Shown here piece by piece: positions 9,509 to 23,099 of a stretch of 64,000 nt of DNA. A program made the translations under genes and the position numbers. The stretch's first letter is position 1. Each line of letters begins with the position of its first letter. Origin of the DNA: Eledone cirrhosa (taxonomy: Eukaryota); NCBI GenBank assembly GCA_964016885.1, contig OZ024743.1, positions 197,160,001 through 197,224,000 of the forward strand, read 5' to 3'. The notes under the pieces were generated by a model. That model saw only the letters and a program-made list of their open reading frames with translations. It did not search any database and was not told where the DNA came from.

Positions 9509-12008
9509 TTTAAGATATTATGAAAGTTTCAGGTTATAGAATAGGATTGTGCAACACATGCTGCAGCCACCTGCAGCTAGTAAATACATAACTGAAAGCA
9601 GTTGCAGATTTAGTCTTATTAAGTCTCATGATTATTTGCTAACATATGTTGAGCCAATTAAGAAGAAATAATAAACAATGTCCTAATTAAAGAGATGTGA
9701 GGAAGAAGGGTTTAAATTTACACACATGTACAAACATACATGTACTAATACAGGCGATATAATATATATATATATATATATACACACATATGTATATATA
9801 TACATATATAAATATATAAATAGAGAGAGAGAGAAAGGGGGAGCAAGAGGAGGGAGAGAGAGAGAGAGGGTGTATGAGAGAGATAGTGAGAGAGAGAGGA
9901 GGGGATTGACATACAGGCATCTTCTAGACTGAGAGCTAGGATTGCTGTTTCAGGTGAGTATACAAGCAGGAAATAGAAAGTCTTGGGAATAGTACTGCAC
10001 TAAACATACAAAGTATAATGAAATACATGCAAACTATTCAGAAGAAAAACAAAACAACAACAACAGCAAAAATAACAAAGCTATGCAGTAACCATAGATT
10101 GTTCGGTATACAGAATAATTCTCAATGGAATCTTATTCAGAACATTTACCATCATTACAGAAATAGTCTAATTGCCTTGTTAATTTCTTCAACACAAGTG
10201 CTTAACTCTTTTATTACTGAACTGCCTGAAACTGCCCCTAGCTCTATGATACAAAGCTGTTTATTTTGAAGTGTTTATATTTTTCTAAAAAAATATTCCA
10301 TTATAATTTTATATAAAAAAAAACTTTGTTAATTAATGCTTTAAACACCAGCTTTAAGAGAAAGTTAGTTATATTACTATATCCCTCTAATTTTGTTTTT
10401 TAATCATTTTCAAAATTATTTGAAAAATTATTTGAATTAGGCAATAATTTTGATAAGAAATATAAAAACTAACTGGTTAATAAGACGATGTTCATATTCA
10501 GAGCCTAAAGGTTATGTTTTAAGAGCTTAAGTTATGTTTAAAAAATCAGTGTATTTTTTATTAGAAATGTGGTAATGAAAAGATTAGGTGTTTTTAAATA
10601 CTTATTGATAAAACATTGGGTTTTTTTAGATAAGCTCAAAGCTTCAGATTCAAAGAGGAAAGAAATAAGATTGTGTGATGTTTAAGCCTTTTCCTCCTCA
10701 CTACGTTGGTAATGTAATAACCTAAGTTGAATTAATACCAGCAGGAATAGAAACTGTGTTGTGAGCTCAGTTTAGAAGGAGGTTACTTATACACCAAGGT
10801 CTTGATAACATTCCACTCTATATTTAAGGAAATGACAAAATTGTAAACAAAATAATAGAGACAGATTTAAAGTAAGAAGCAGTAGCTTTGTTTAGAAGAA
10901 AGGACGATTAGATTAGGTTATTTAAAAAAAGAATCTATGTACCATTTGAGTTATGTAAGCAATTTTGAGACAAAATGTCAAAAGTATTATGTTTATATTA
11001 TACAAACACATATTGGCAATTTGAATGAAGGGAATATATTTTTCTTCTTCAGTCAGACTCTTTCACTCATAGAGCTTATAATATAATAAACCTCTTGAGT
11101 GTTTAATTCACAGGTTCATATTGCTTTTGATGTACAATTAACAAGCTTGCTGTCCAAACAGTATACCTTTAACATTAGCTTTTATACAGTAATCTAATCC
11201 CCAATGACTAATCAGAAAGTAGCACTCAGAAGCTATAGTAAAAATCTATTAGTAACTCTTAGGTGCAACCGACCAGCATGAATGACTACTTCAAAATAAA
11301 GCTACCATAGAGAAGTGTATAGTATAGGAAAGAAGAGAGTGTTATCCATCTAGGGGATCAGCTGCATTACAGACAAACTACTATAGCAGCTGCAGAATGA
11401 GGAAGGAAATACCACATTAACCCTTGACATGCTGCACCACATGAAACCATAATAAAAAGACATTCTTGAAAAATAGAAAACAGAAATATGATTGCATTAC
11501 GTTAAAAAGAAGTGAAGAACTCACTTTAGTTTATTGCCAACATTCACAATAACATGGCTACTATTAAACATATTATAAACATTTGAATTAACAGATGAGC
11601 TTTTGAATATTTTCTACTAAATTATTACAGGATGTTAAGAATTAAAATATACAAAGTTCCAACTGCAGCTGGTATATTTGATACTAAAATATGTATTCAG
11701 ATTCAACAGTTAGAATTTGATAAAATAATGTTAGATACATTATAATACAATCAAAAATAGTTTTTCTGCTTGTATTTGATGGATTTATATATAAAAGAAG
11801 TGATAATTATAAAACCTAATATTATAAGCCAGGATATTAGACAGTCATTTTCCTTGCCAAAAAATTATACATGCTATAAAATGAAGGCCTTAGGTGTTGG
11901 TGTGAAGAGGGGTTTCTAAAATGATTGTCTACAGATACAAACTTCATGCATTAATGTATGTGTTTTACTGAAAAAATATAAAATATGTAAGTGTATATAT
12001 ATATATAT

Positions 12009-12142
12009 TTAGAAAGTGAACAACACAAAATATAACTACTCCATTACCAAAAGTTTCTAGATCCCAGACAGTATTAATATACGTCTGGATCGGTCATCAG
12101 ACAGTAAGGGAGTAGTTATATTTTGTGCTGTTCCCTTTCTAA
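12009..12142 (-). ncRNA. Hammerhead-like motif in a long hairpin (degenerate stem III)
   Basis: CUGAUGA-CC-GAUCCAGAC..GUCUGGGAUC-UA-GAAAC enclosed by ~38-bp inverted arms. Confidence 0.6.
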
Positions 12143-12218
12143 TTAAATAGCTCTTCTATACATAGAGCACTCTTTTTTGCTTTGCATTTCCTTCGGAATT
12201 ACCTAACACACACACATA

Positions 12219-12253
<35 letters not shown>

Positions 12254-12282
12254 GTGTGTGTGTGTATATATATATATATATA

Positions 12283-12890
12283 AATGAATTGAGAGAGAGA
12301 CTGAGCATAAGAGGAATCAAATGCTGTGTGCAGGAGAGGCGGTTGCGTTGGTATGGACATGTGATGCGTATGAAGGATGACAGCTGCATAAAAAGGTGCA
12401 GAGCACTAGAAGTCAATGGAAACCGCGGAGTGGGGAGACCCAAGAAGACCTGGGATGAGGTGATAAAAGCCGACCTTACCCAATTACACCTCTCAAAGGC
12501 GATGACACACGTCCGTGACCTCTGGCGTCACGCAGTAATACAGAGTACCCGACCTCCCATGGATACAAGCTGAAGCATATAGACAATATGCCCCCACACC
12601 CCCCACCGCAAGGTGGTCGTGGAGGTGCCACAGCAAAAAAGCACCCAGCCCACACTGTAAAGTGGACGTGTAGGTGCCACGGCAAAAAAGCACCCAGCCC
12701 ACACTGTAAATGAGGTTGGTGTTAGGAAGGGCATCCAGCTGTAGAAATCAAGCCAAATCAGTTCCTGTATGAGCAAGGCATGGTCAGCCGACCAGACACT
12801 CCCCACAACAGGACAACCCGTCTAACCCATGCTAGCGTGGAAGAACAGACGTAAAAACGGTGGTGGTGATGATGATGATGATGATGATGA
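12283..12890 (+). mobile_element. RTE LINE 3' fragment (ORF end + 3' UTR + (GAT)n)
   Basis: ELRERLSIRGIKCCVQERRLRWYGHVMRM...GRPKKTW; ~47-bp UTR repeats; (TA)n on both sides. Confidence 0.92.
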
Positions 12891-13322
12891 TATATATATA
12901 TATACGTAAAATGAAATAAAAGAAAACATAAAGACCTGACAAACAGTTACATTAATTACAGACTGACTCTGTAAGTAGGTAATGATGAATCCTTGAGTAA
13001 AAAAAAACACTGTATCCTTGGCTATAATTTTCTGAAAACAGCTAAGAAATACTATTAGCATCCAACTGAGAAAATCTGCATAAGTTGAAGAAGACTCAGC
13101 AGAAAGAGATTGATAGATTGAGATGGCAATGGTGACTGGGCACCTGGATTATGAATGAAACAAAAGAGGTTGATTACACTGAAGCAAACTACATACAGAC
13201 ATATATACATATGTACATACATAATTACACACATATATTCATATATATTCACATACATACATATATACAAAGATACATATATACACACACACATACATAC
13301 TGCACTCACACGTATGTGTGCA

Positions 13323-13357
<35 letters not shown>

Positions 13358-13429
13358 TACACAGAAGCAAACTACATATATAAATACACACACACATATG
13401 TGTAAGTGTATGTATATATATGTTTCCAA

Positions 13430-14008
13430 GGCGGTGGATTGGCAGTATCGGTAAAGGGTCGGACGCCATGCTTTGATGCAAAGAGTTACAGCCCTTTCCA
13501 TTCTGAGTTCAAATCCCGCCGAGGTTAACTTTGCCTTTCATCCTTACGGGGTCGATAAAATAAAGTACCAGTAATACACTGGGAAATTGCTGGCCTTGTG
13601 CCAAAAGTAGAAACAATTATTATATATTTATATATATACATAAGGGCGGTGGATTGGTAGTATCACTAGAGAGTCGGACGCCATGCTTTGCAGCAAAGAG
13701 TTACGGCCCTTTATGATCTGAGTTCAAATCCCGCTGAGGTTAACTTTGCCGTTCATCCTTACAGGGTCGATAAAATAAAGTACCAGTAATACCCTGGGAT
13801 AATTGCTGGCCTTGTGCAAAAAGCAGAAACAATTATTATATATATATAAGGGCAGTGGATTGGCAGTATCGGTAGAGGGTCGGACGCCATGCTTTGACGC
13901 ATAGAGATACGGCCCTTGCCATTCATCCTTACGGGGTCGATAAAATAACGTACCAGTAATGTACTGGGATAATTGCAGGCCTTGTGCCAAAAGTAGAAAC
14001 AATTATTA
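13430..14008 (+). mobile_element. Three head-to-tail SINE A copies
   Basis: Copies at ~13430-13620, 13644-13838 and 13850-14008; the third lacks the B-box segment. Confidence 0.92.
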
Positions 14009-14158
14009 TATATTTATATATAATAACATTTAGAATTTGTATGAAAATTATACATTGACTCTTCACATCCTGGTATGATTTAGCAAAATATATTTAAAAA
14101 TGTCATTGTTAATTTAAATGTTTATAGTACCTTTACTAATTCCATCTCCATGAGTACT

Positions 14159-14379
14159 TTAACCCTTTAGCATTTACATTACTCTATATATGCTATGGTA
14201 TTTACACAGTAAAGGCTTTACCTCACAATTATCTTACATAATATCAAAGCTATGAGATTTTGATATTCATTTTGAGACAAATACCTTATCAATATGAGTG
14301 GCCGGTTACAGCCAGTTTGAACAGTAAGAGGTGAGAGATTTCTGGCCAGATACGGCCGGTTTAAATGCTAAAGGGTTAA
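14159..14379 (+). mobile_element. piggyBac-type MITE family 1
   Basis: Perfect TTAA-CCCTTTAGCATTTA / TAAATGCTAAAGGG-TTAA ends. Confidence 0.9.
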
Positions 14380-14458
14380 AGGATTTTATAGTAAGTAATT
14401 ATTATCCTGGTTATTTCATTGGGATGCACATATTTCTAATTTTCTTCTTCAAAGCATC

Positions 14459-14644
14459 TTAACCCTTTAACATTTACATTACTCTATATATACTATTATA
14501 TTTTCGTGGTAAATGCTTTATCTCACATAATATCGAATCTATGAGATTTTGATATTATTTATTTTGAGAACAATATTTTAACATGAGTATGAGTGGCCAG
14601 AGAATTCTTGCCGGATACGATCGGATTAAATGGTAAAGGGTTAA
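14459..14644 (+). mobile_element. piggyBac-type MITE family 1 (internal deletion)
   Basis: TTAA-CCCTTTA ... TAAAGGG-TTAA. Confidence 0.85.
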
Positions 14645-14895
14645 GTCAACCACTTTGGTTATATATTAATGAAATTAAATGTAATTTGTTAACAGAACAA
14701 CTGTACATGTAAACTGTGTACTGCAGCTGCACAGGCAAAGATTATTACCTACAATACCTGGAGAAAACACCCACCATCAACAGCTGAGAGGTTGTCACCG
14801 ACCATCTCAGATCATGATCAATGATTACTAGAAAAGCACAAGATACTTTCGAATATAACATAGCCTGCAAGCATACTTATTATCCACATTGTGAA

Positions 14896-15345
14896 GCCTC
14901 ATGGCTTAGTGGTTAGAGCATTGGGCTTGCAATCAAAAGGTTGTGAGTTCAATTCTCGTACCGGCTGATGTGTTGTTTCCTTGAGCAAGACACTTTATTT
15001 TACATTGCTCCAGTTTACTCAGCTGTAGAAATGAGATGATAGGACTGGGGTCCCTATCATTCCACTGCAAAGTGGTCATGGAGGTGCCACGACAAAAAAA
15101 GCACCCAGCCCACACTGTAAAAGTGGACGTATAAACGCCACGGAAAAAAAGCACCCAGTACTCACTGTAAATGAGGTTGGTGTTAGGAAGGGCATCCAGC
15201 TGTAGAAATCAAACCAGAATCAGTTCCCGTATGAGCAAGACATGGTCAGCCAACCGGACAGTGCCCACAACAGGACAACCCGTTTAACCCATGCTAGCGT
15301 GGAAGACGGACGTAAAACAGTGATGATGATGATGATGATGATGAT
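14896..15345 (+). mobile_element. SINE family B, long form with the complete RTE tail
   Basis: tRNA-like head; tail colinear with LINE 12610-12890, including two UTR repeats. Confidence 0.9.
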
Positions 15346-15519
15346 TGTTGCCAAGATTTCAACTTGTTTCCCTAAAGATGTCTGCTAATTTTGTGAAATT
15401 CTCCCACCTGCCACTCTTCAGTCAAGACAGCAAGTGTAACTCATAAGTAAACAATACTTTCATTGATAGTCAAAGTTGTTAGTATGACTAATATAGTGAT
15501 TAATATTGGCAAAATAAGT

Positions 15520-15665
15520 AGTGTTGTTAGAAGGTTGGATAGAATGCTTTGTGGTGTTCATTCCAGCTCTCAATGCTTTAAGTTCAAATCCCAGAGATCA
15601 ACTTTGCCTTTCAACCTTTTGAGGTTAATATAAAAAAAATGTAGCAGTTCAGTATTGGGGTCAAT
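15520..15665 (+). mobile_element. Old SINE A-related copy
   Basis: Degenerate agttcaaatcc..actttgcctttcaacc..tggggtcaa. Confidence 0.6.
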
Positions 15666-17774
15666 CATTCCTCCATATCTCCTTCTCACTTCTTCTCTAT
15701 CACTCACTCTCCTTCTCTGGAAGAATCAGCTGGGTTCAGGTGTAGAGAGGGAGGGGTTCCACCAGCTTTGAAATGCCCCAGAAATGCTGTATATCATTAT
15801 GGCCCCTTTACGACTCCACCAGGAGTTAAAGGTTCATGCATACATTGGTAAAATAGTATAAGGACTGAAGTTCTAATTAGAACAATATTAGTGTAACTGA
15901 TATGACTAATTAGTAGAATGTAAACAAGCAAACAATGCAATTTATCAGCATAAAAATAGACATTAAAGAGTGTTAATGTAATCTTTATCCTTCACTTAGT
16001 CAGCAAAAATATCTCAAGAATTATAAACTGACAACATGATACCATACATTTGAGAAAGTCAGCAGACATTTTATGTAACAAATTAAGTTGAAGTTTTTCT
16101 AATCTAGATTAATGTTGCTGTTGTTGTTGTTTCCAAATTTTGGAATCTAGTTTCATTAGAGCATACAGTTGCGTAAACTATCAAATATAAACAAATACTT
16201 TTCACACATAAGTGGAAAGGTAATCTTCAGGCAGTAAAGATTTCTATATATGCCACAAAAGAAATTTAAGATCAGTTACAAAATTTGCAAGGGATGGCAG
16301 TTTCAACCAAAATTACATATGTAGATTTAAATATAACGAATTCCTCTATTTCACAAGACGGACTAGAATTTAGCTATTAAGAAATTATTGAGTTCATTAA
16401 GTTGTTTTGCCAGCTGCAACTCCAACTACCATCTAAATGGAACTATGCCGTACTAGGAAAGCTGTAAGTTGCTTTTTCTACGCAGATTTGTTTAGAAATC
16501 TCCAATAAAAATATATACACACTAAACAGTTTCTCTTATAATAATATAGTCTCACAAAGTAATGAGTCAGCTTCAAGATTAAATGAATATGAAATAATCA
16601 TTCTAAGTCTGGTGATATTTTACTAAATTGTAAAAATTGCCATTATACTAAGTTGAAGAAAGAAATTTAAGCATGTTATTTTTTCTGGAGATGGTGTCAA
16701 TTAACAATCAAATTTCAACTGCACTTAAATTGTATTAATCTCTTTATTCAGTTTGAAATGTATTCTTTCTTCCCATTCTTATCATCTTGAAAAGAAATGT
16801 TTTGAAAATTAAAGCTTTTCTAAGCTCTCAACTGAAGTAAAGAAGACGAAAAGAAAAAAGAAAAAAAGAGAAATTCTTCAGGAATATTTGATGAGTGGAT
16901 AGAGATTTTAAAAATGATAGAAATTGTCAATAAATTATTGACAATGCTGAAATTGAAGACAAGAATCCCATGCTAATCTCAAGTTGCTAACATATAAGGA
17001 AGACATTGTACAAAGTTAAATAACCAGTGGCCGAGACGAAGGAAAGAAAACAGTATAACTGTTGACTATTCCAAGAAGAATAAATAACAGAATTCCCGGC
17101 CTGAATTATTAAGTGTCATCTTTGTGTACCCAAATAATAATAATGATAATAATAATAATATAAATGATAATAATAATTTAAAAACACATTTGAAGGAAAA
17201 ATATTTTGCAAGGATTTACATTTAAAAATGTCAATATGCAAGCCATGTACAATTTTATGCTTGCTGCCATCTACTACAAGATATCACATTCGTCTTTTAT
17301 CTAAATTTTTCTTTTTCTAATGACTCAAATATAAATAAAAAGGGGGGAAAAGTACCTAGAATTATTAAACTTTCTTAATTTCAACAGAGTATCAGAATCA
17401 GATCAGATCAAGCTTTACAAAAATAAAAAAAAAAATAAGGAGAAACATGCCAAATTTCTTTTATTTTGATTCGCTTCTACAAAAGCATTTTTAAGGTATA
17501 GGAAATAATATAAAAGATAATATTGAAATAATCTGCTGCCAATATTTGTTCAATATAAACACTGGTTATTAATAGATATGAACTGAACAATAAAGAAGTG
17601 TAAATATATTTAGTGTGTACAGTGCAATATAACAAGGAGAGGCAGGGAAAGAGGATGTGTAAATTTAATTGCAATGAAATTGAATGTTATGACAGTATGT
17701 AATCAGTTTCATTATTGCCCTGCATAAAGGTAAGAATATGAAACTATTTTATTTAGTTATTTATTATTTATTAC

Positions 17775-17819
<45 letters not shown>

Positions 17820-17849
17820 CATCATTACTATTTATTTATATATTATTAT

Positions 17850-18290
17850 TTGGCAGTATTGGTAGAGGGTCGGACGCCATGCTTTCCAGCATAGAGTTAC
17901 GTCCCTTTACAGTCCGAGTTCAAATCCCACCGAGGTTAACTTTGCCTTTCATCCTTAAGGGGTCGATAAAATAAAGTACCAGTAATGCATTGGGATAATT
18001 GTTGGCCTTGTGCCAAAAGTAGAAACAATTATTATTATTATGGGCGGTGGATTATTATTATTATTATAGGGTACTGGATTGGCAGAATTGGTAGAGCATC
18101 AGACACCATGTTTTGCAACATAGAGTTATGGCCCTTTAAGTTCTGAGTTCAAATCCCTCCGAGGTTAGCTTTGCCTTTCACCCTTACAGGGTTGATAAAA
18201 TAAAGTACCAGTCACACACTGGGGTCGATTTAATTGACCCCCCCAACCTTCAAATTACTGGTCTTGTGCCTAAATCAGAAACAATATTAT
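17850..18290 (+). mobile_element. Two tandem SINE A copies within (ATT)n
   Basis: Copies at ~17850-18040 and 18068-18290. Confidence 0.9.
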
Positions 18291-18697
18291 TATTTATTTA
18301 TTTATTGTCATTGCAGGACTCTGAGAAGCAGTAACAAATATACTTCACATATCTCTTGTACAAATATCAACTATTTGATGAAACATGCCAAATTTTGTTG
18401 TTATTTTAAAGAGGTAGAGTTTTATTGTTAATTGAATGGAAACACAATTGGTAATAATCTTAGGGAGATTTGAACACCAGAAATGTTTGCCACAAAACTA
18501 AAATCTTTAACCACTATGACTCCATAAGCTGTCAATTTGGTATAGATTCCAATGAATGATATCTAACTCTTTTGATAACAACCTTGGTACTAGGATACAC
18601 AACTGTTTTAAAGTGTTTACATTTATCTAAAAACCATCCATCATAATTTTATATGAGAACCTTTGTTAAGTTATGTTCCAAAAACCAGCTTAATAAT

Positions 18698-18810
18698 TAT
18701 TTTTACTTTAGGCACAAGGCCAGCACTTTGAAAGGAGGGGGGAAGGTTGATTAAATCGATCCCAGTGTGTGTTACTGGTGCTTTTTTTATTGACCCCGTA
18801 AGGATGAAAC
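18698..18810 (-). mobile_element. SINE A 3' fragment
   Basis: ggcacaaggccagc...tgaccccgtaaggatgaaa. Confidence 0.75.
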
Positions 18811-19117
18811 CAGCGCTTGATAATGAGAAAGTTTAGTAAAAGCTGGGCTAACAAGAGAGCCATTATATGCTAGCTCAACCCACTAAAAATATTAATCACA
18901 GTTCTGAAATTACACCTTCCTATATCTAAAAATGAGAGATAGAAATTGGATAATGTAGTCCTATTATGCAATATCTGAGAGGATAGAATGAGTGTAGACT
19001 CAGCCTACCTATGGACACATGAAGCAATTGGTTTCATCCATTCCTCTCACTATCTCTCTCTCTGTCTCTCTGTAGTAACTGTACACCTACATATTGGGAA
19101 AAGTTGTAAAAGACAAG

Positions 19118-19277
19118 TTAACACTTTAGCATTTACATTACTCTATATATATACTATTGTATTTTCACGGTAAAGACTTTACCTTATATAATTATCATAC
19201 ATAATATCAAATCTATGGTCAGTTTGAACAGAAAGAGGTGAGATAATTCTGGCCGGATATGGCCAGTTTAAATGCTT
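19118..19277 (+). mobile_element. piggyBac-type MITE family 1 (truncated)
   Basis: Homology to the other copies; right end incomplete. Confidence 0.75.
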
Positions 19278-20494
19278 CATTGAGAGGAAGAACAATTCTT
19301 TCTCCTTGTTCCATGTTGTTCAGAATCATATTTTCCATGCCATTTCCAGGTAATTTTTTTCTTGTGTCAAATATATTTTTTGAAAGGAAATAAGATTTAC
19401 ATGTTATTAATATAAATAATTATCCATTATCAAGGTATTTATAATTTGGTTCTGCACACATCTTTACATCACATATAAACATGTATGCATCATTTGAACT
19501 TGCCTTTTCTCTAATTAGTATTGGACAGAACATGTATGTTAGTTTTTTTTCCTCTATGTAATTATATCATGTTAATCTTATGTAGGATAAATGAAACATG
19601 GGATGTCAAATTCACACAGTTCTTGTGATTGGCAAACTGCATTTGGTTTGCTCAATCATTTCTACATGTTGATTTCACTATATGATCATGACTGGAATGC
19701 CTTTGATCAGTGATTTGTTCAATGAAAGCTGACCTGGAATTAAACAACAGCTTAACCTCTTTGTTACCAAATTTCTAATGAAGGACACTTCCAATACATT
19801 TCAAATAACCAAGAATTAGGAGGGATTGCCATCAAGACCTCAGGCATCCTCAGACCCTGTACAGCTGACCTCCCGACCATCCTGAAATTGGATTGATAGA
19901 AGTCTGTCTCAGGACATTGTCTGCAGAAATGCCTTTGCCATTTTGTCCGTAGAGCGCAGCCAAAACACTGCTCTGACCTAGGTGTAGAGTGTTACCCTCT
20001 CGCCTTTCCCCTTAATTTCTTCCTTTGTCTAGTAGTCTTTGCTCTTCCCCTCCTATTCCTCTCATTTATGGCATTTATAGTCCTTTCCAATACTGCTTTC
20101 TTTTTCTGTATGTTTAACTAAATAAAAATAGAATATATATTTATTTTAAAAAATTGACTTTATTATTATTATTAAATTAGTATTTGGAACATAACTTAAA
20201 GATTTTTATATAAAATTATGATGGAAGGTTTTTAGTAAAATATAAACAATTTAAAATGAGAAGTTTTGTATCATAAAATCATATGCATTTTCAGGGAGAG
20301 GCAAAATGGTCAATAAAAAATATTTTTATTCATTAACAAAAGTTGCAAACATTAAGATTTAGCAACAGGATAAAACAATATATAGACATAGGGCAATAAC
20401 TAAGACCTTATTTTAGGGTATCCAGCTAATTCATCACCAATAATTGACTTCCAATAATTGATAGCTGTTTACAATTGATTCTCAACAATTTATA

Positions 20495-20760
20495 GATATG
20501 AAGACTCATGGAGGAAAAATAAAGTTAGGAGAATTAGAACACTACACTGAAATTTAAAATAAATTTAATATTGAACTGAAATTTAAAATAAATTTCATTC
20601 ATAAATTGTTATGGAAATTCATGGCAACAAAAAATAAAGTTAGAAAATTGAGTAAATTAAACTGAAATTTAAAGTAAATTTAATTTCTAAATTCAAGAAT
20701 TCATTACTAAGGAAATTCATGGCAGCAAAATAAAGTTAGGAGAATTAATAAACTTAACAA
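20495..20760. repeat. Degenerate ~105-bp tandem repeat (about 3 units)
   Basis: (aat)tcatgg..caaaaataaagttag recurs at ~20505, 20615 and 20712. Confidence 0.6.
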
Positions 20761-21564
20761 AATTTTAAGCAAATCTAATATTAATATTAGTAAGTAGTAA
20801 TAAGATAAGTTATTTGCAAATTCTCTGAGATAATCAACAATGTCAACATCATGAATTATTTTTAACATTTTTATAAATTTTTTTTTCTTTCTGAAGGGAA
20901 ATTTAAGTCCCAAAATATTATGACGAAAAAATTATCAACAACAAAGATTTACCAGGTAACTAACCTTTTCGTTACCTTCATCTTACCCTCTATTTTGCAT
21001 TGTTTCAGCCTTAGTACATATATCACTTTCCACGTTATTTTTATAGATGTTTATCTCCCTTTTTATAAAATTTCAGGGGTGCATCCCAAAGCATACATCT
21101 CTATTTGAAAGTACTTAAAATGTTGCCCTTTCTTAAAGCACCTCCAAAAAAGTGTAGATATTAAGATGATGTGCAGCATCTTGCTGTTTAAATACACCGT
21201 TCATCTGCACTATTTGATTTAGTAAAATTCAGTAAAATTCAGTAAAATTCTAACAAAGAAATTTGAAACATGTGCATCCCAATGCAAATGACCATAATAA
21301 TAGCCATTCAATAAACATAATAGTTGAGAAAATTGGGTAAATTAACACGGGTGATATAAAAAGTGAATGCAGGTGACTTAACCTTTTTTTAAGGTATTTG
21401 ACTAGGATACATCACTATTGTATAATTATGTTAGAGATGAATTTTTTATGACTATGAATTGTTGAGGATAAATGGTCTAGTAATACCATTTTAATTTCTG
21501 TACCATGTGCCACAGTGAAATAAAAATAATAGAAATATTCTGGTGAATTAAACATTCCTAACAA

Positions 21565-21880
21565 CCACCACCATCATTTCATGCCTGATATTAATGCTGG
21601 CAAGGTTTGGACAGGCGTTAGACACCACATCCTGTTTATACATTCTATATTTTGGTAGAATTTCTATGGTTAGATGCTCTTCCTATTGCCAAAAACATTG
21701 CAGAGTCTATTGGGTGCATTTCAGTGTGGTAGCAGCATTACTACTTCATTATATAGTGTATTTGGTGTATTATCTTGGCACCAGCACTATAACTCTACAG
21801 AGTACACTAGGTGTATTTTATCATGACATCAGCACTACCACTTTACAGAGTGAACTAGGTGCATTTTATCATGACACCAT
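21565..21880 (-). mobile_element. Old RTE 3' UTR remnant
   Basis: Degenerate tttctatggttagatgctcttcctattgcc plus repeated ttacagagtg..gtgcatttt units. Confidence 0.55.
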
Positions 21881-22589
21881 CACTCAAAAGTCTGTAATTT
21901 ACTCAGTAAGAATGAAGAGTCGTTTCTACCATATATTGTTTCTCTGTAGTAATGCTATATTATTTAATTCAAAAAGAATTTTACTTACTCTAGAATGTAA
22001 TTGAAAAGAAAAGCAATCTTATATTTAAATTTTAAGGTGTTGGAAGAGGTGGATATTACCAAACTAACAAAGAAACAACAATACAACAACAATGAATAAA
22101 AAAAATGTAAAGAAAAGAAAATATGTTGATAGCATAAAGCTATGATAAAAGAAAAGGAACAAGTACAAACATAATTGTCATCATGTTAGAGAGTGTTTAG
22201 TGTGTATAGTGCCAGTGTATAGCAGCCTGACGTAAGAAAAGACTAGAAAGTAATATATTTTTGAAATAAAATAATATAAAAAGAAATATTAATTTTTTTC
22301 TTCTTCTTCCCCCTAAAGCAACAGAGAAGTGGGCACTATGTTGATGAAACATCATTTCCTTTGTTAGAAAAAATTTTAAACTCAATCTTCTACATCTGAA
22401 ATTCCTAGTTGAAGTTCCAAGCTAATGAGATCAGTGAAAGTTTTCAACTTATTTCAACACATTCCTTCATCATTTCATTTTAACTCAGACCATTTTTCTT
22501 TTCTTCACTCGTTTGTTTTACTCATTTATTTATTTATTTATTTTACTATTCTCATTACAATCATCACCACTATAAATGTAATCTTCCAC

Positions 22590-22745
22590 CATTTTTATTA
22601 TTATTACTATTATTATTATTAGTAGTAGTAGTAGCAGCATTATTATTATTAAATAAATAAATCATAATCATTATTATTATTATTATCATCATCATCATTA
22701 TAATCATCATCATCATGGGTGATAACAGCAGTGACATCATCATCA

Positions 22746-22776
<31 letters not shown>

Positions 22777-22870
22777 CAACATCATCACCAGCACTATTAT
22801 AATCATCATCACCAGCAGTGATAACAGCAGTGGCATAATCATCATCACTATCATTATTACATATTTTAAC
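22590..22870. repeat. Compound trinucleotide microsatellite (ATT/ATC)
   Basis: Direct reading. Confidence 0.9.
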
Positions 22871-23013
22871 AACATTTGTTTCTTATTTTCCCCTAGATCG
22901 TTTGTTGAATTCAGTGATTGCTTCAACGGAAATAGACAATTCCTTCAATTTAGTTATTCAGGCTTAATTCACAGTTTATATACTCATATATATATATATA
23001 TATTTATAACATT

Positions 23014-23047
<34 letters not shown>

Positions 23048-23057
23048 CTGTGTGTGC

Positions 23058-23099
<42 letters not shown>

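Noticed and set aside
13172-13380. ~24-bp direct repeat attacac(t/a)gaagcaaactacata around a microsatellite block
   Set aside because: Probably a local slippage duplication; no element features inside.
16290-16470. Possible P-loop/Helitron helicase relic (minus strand LDG..AAGKTT)
   Set aside because: Too short and riddled with stops to support.
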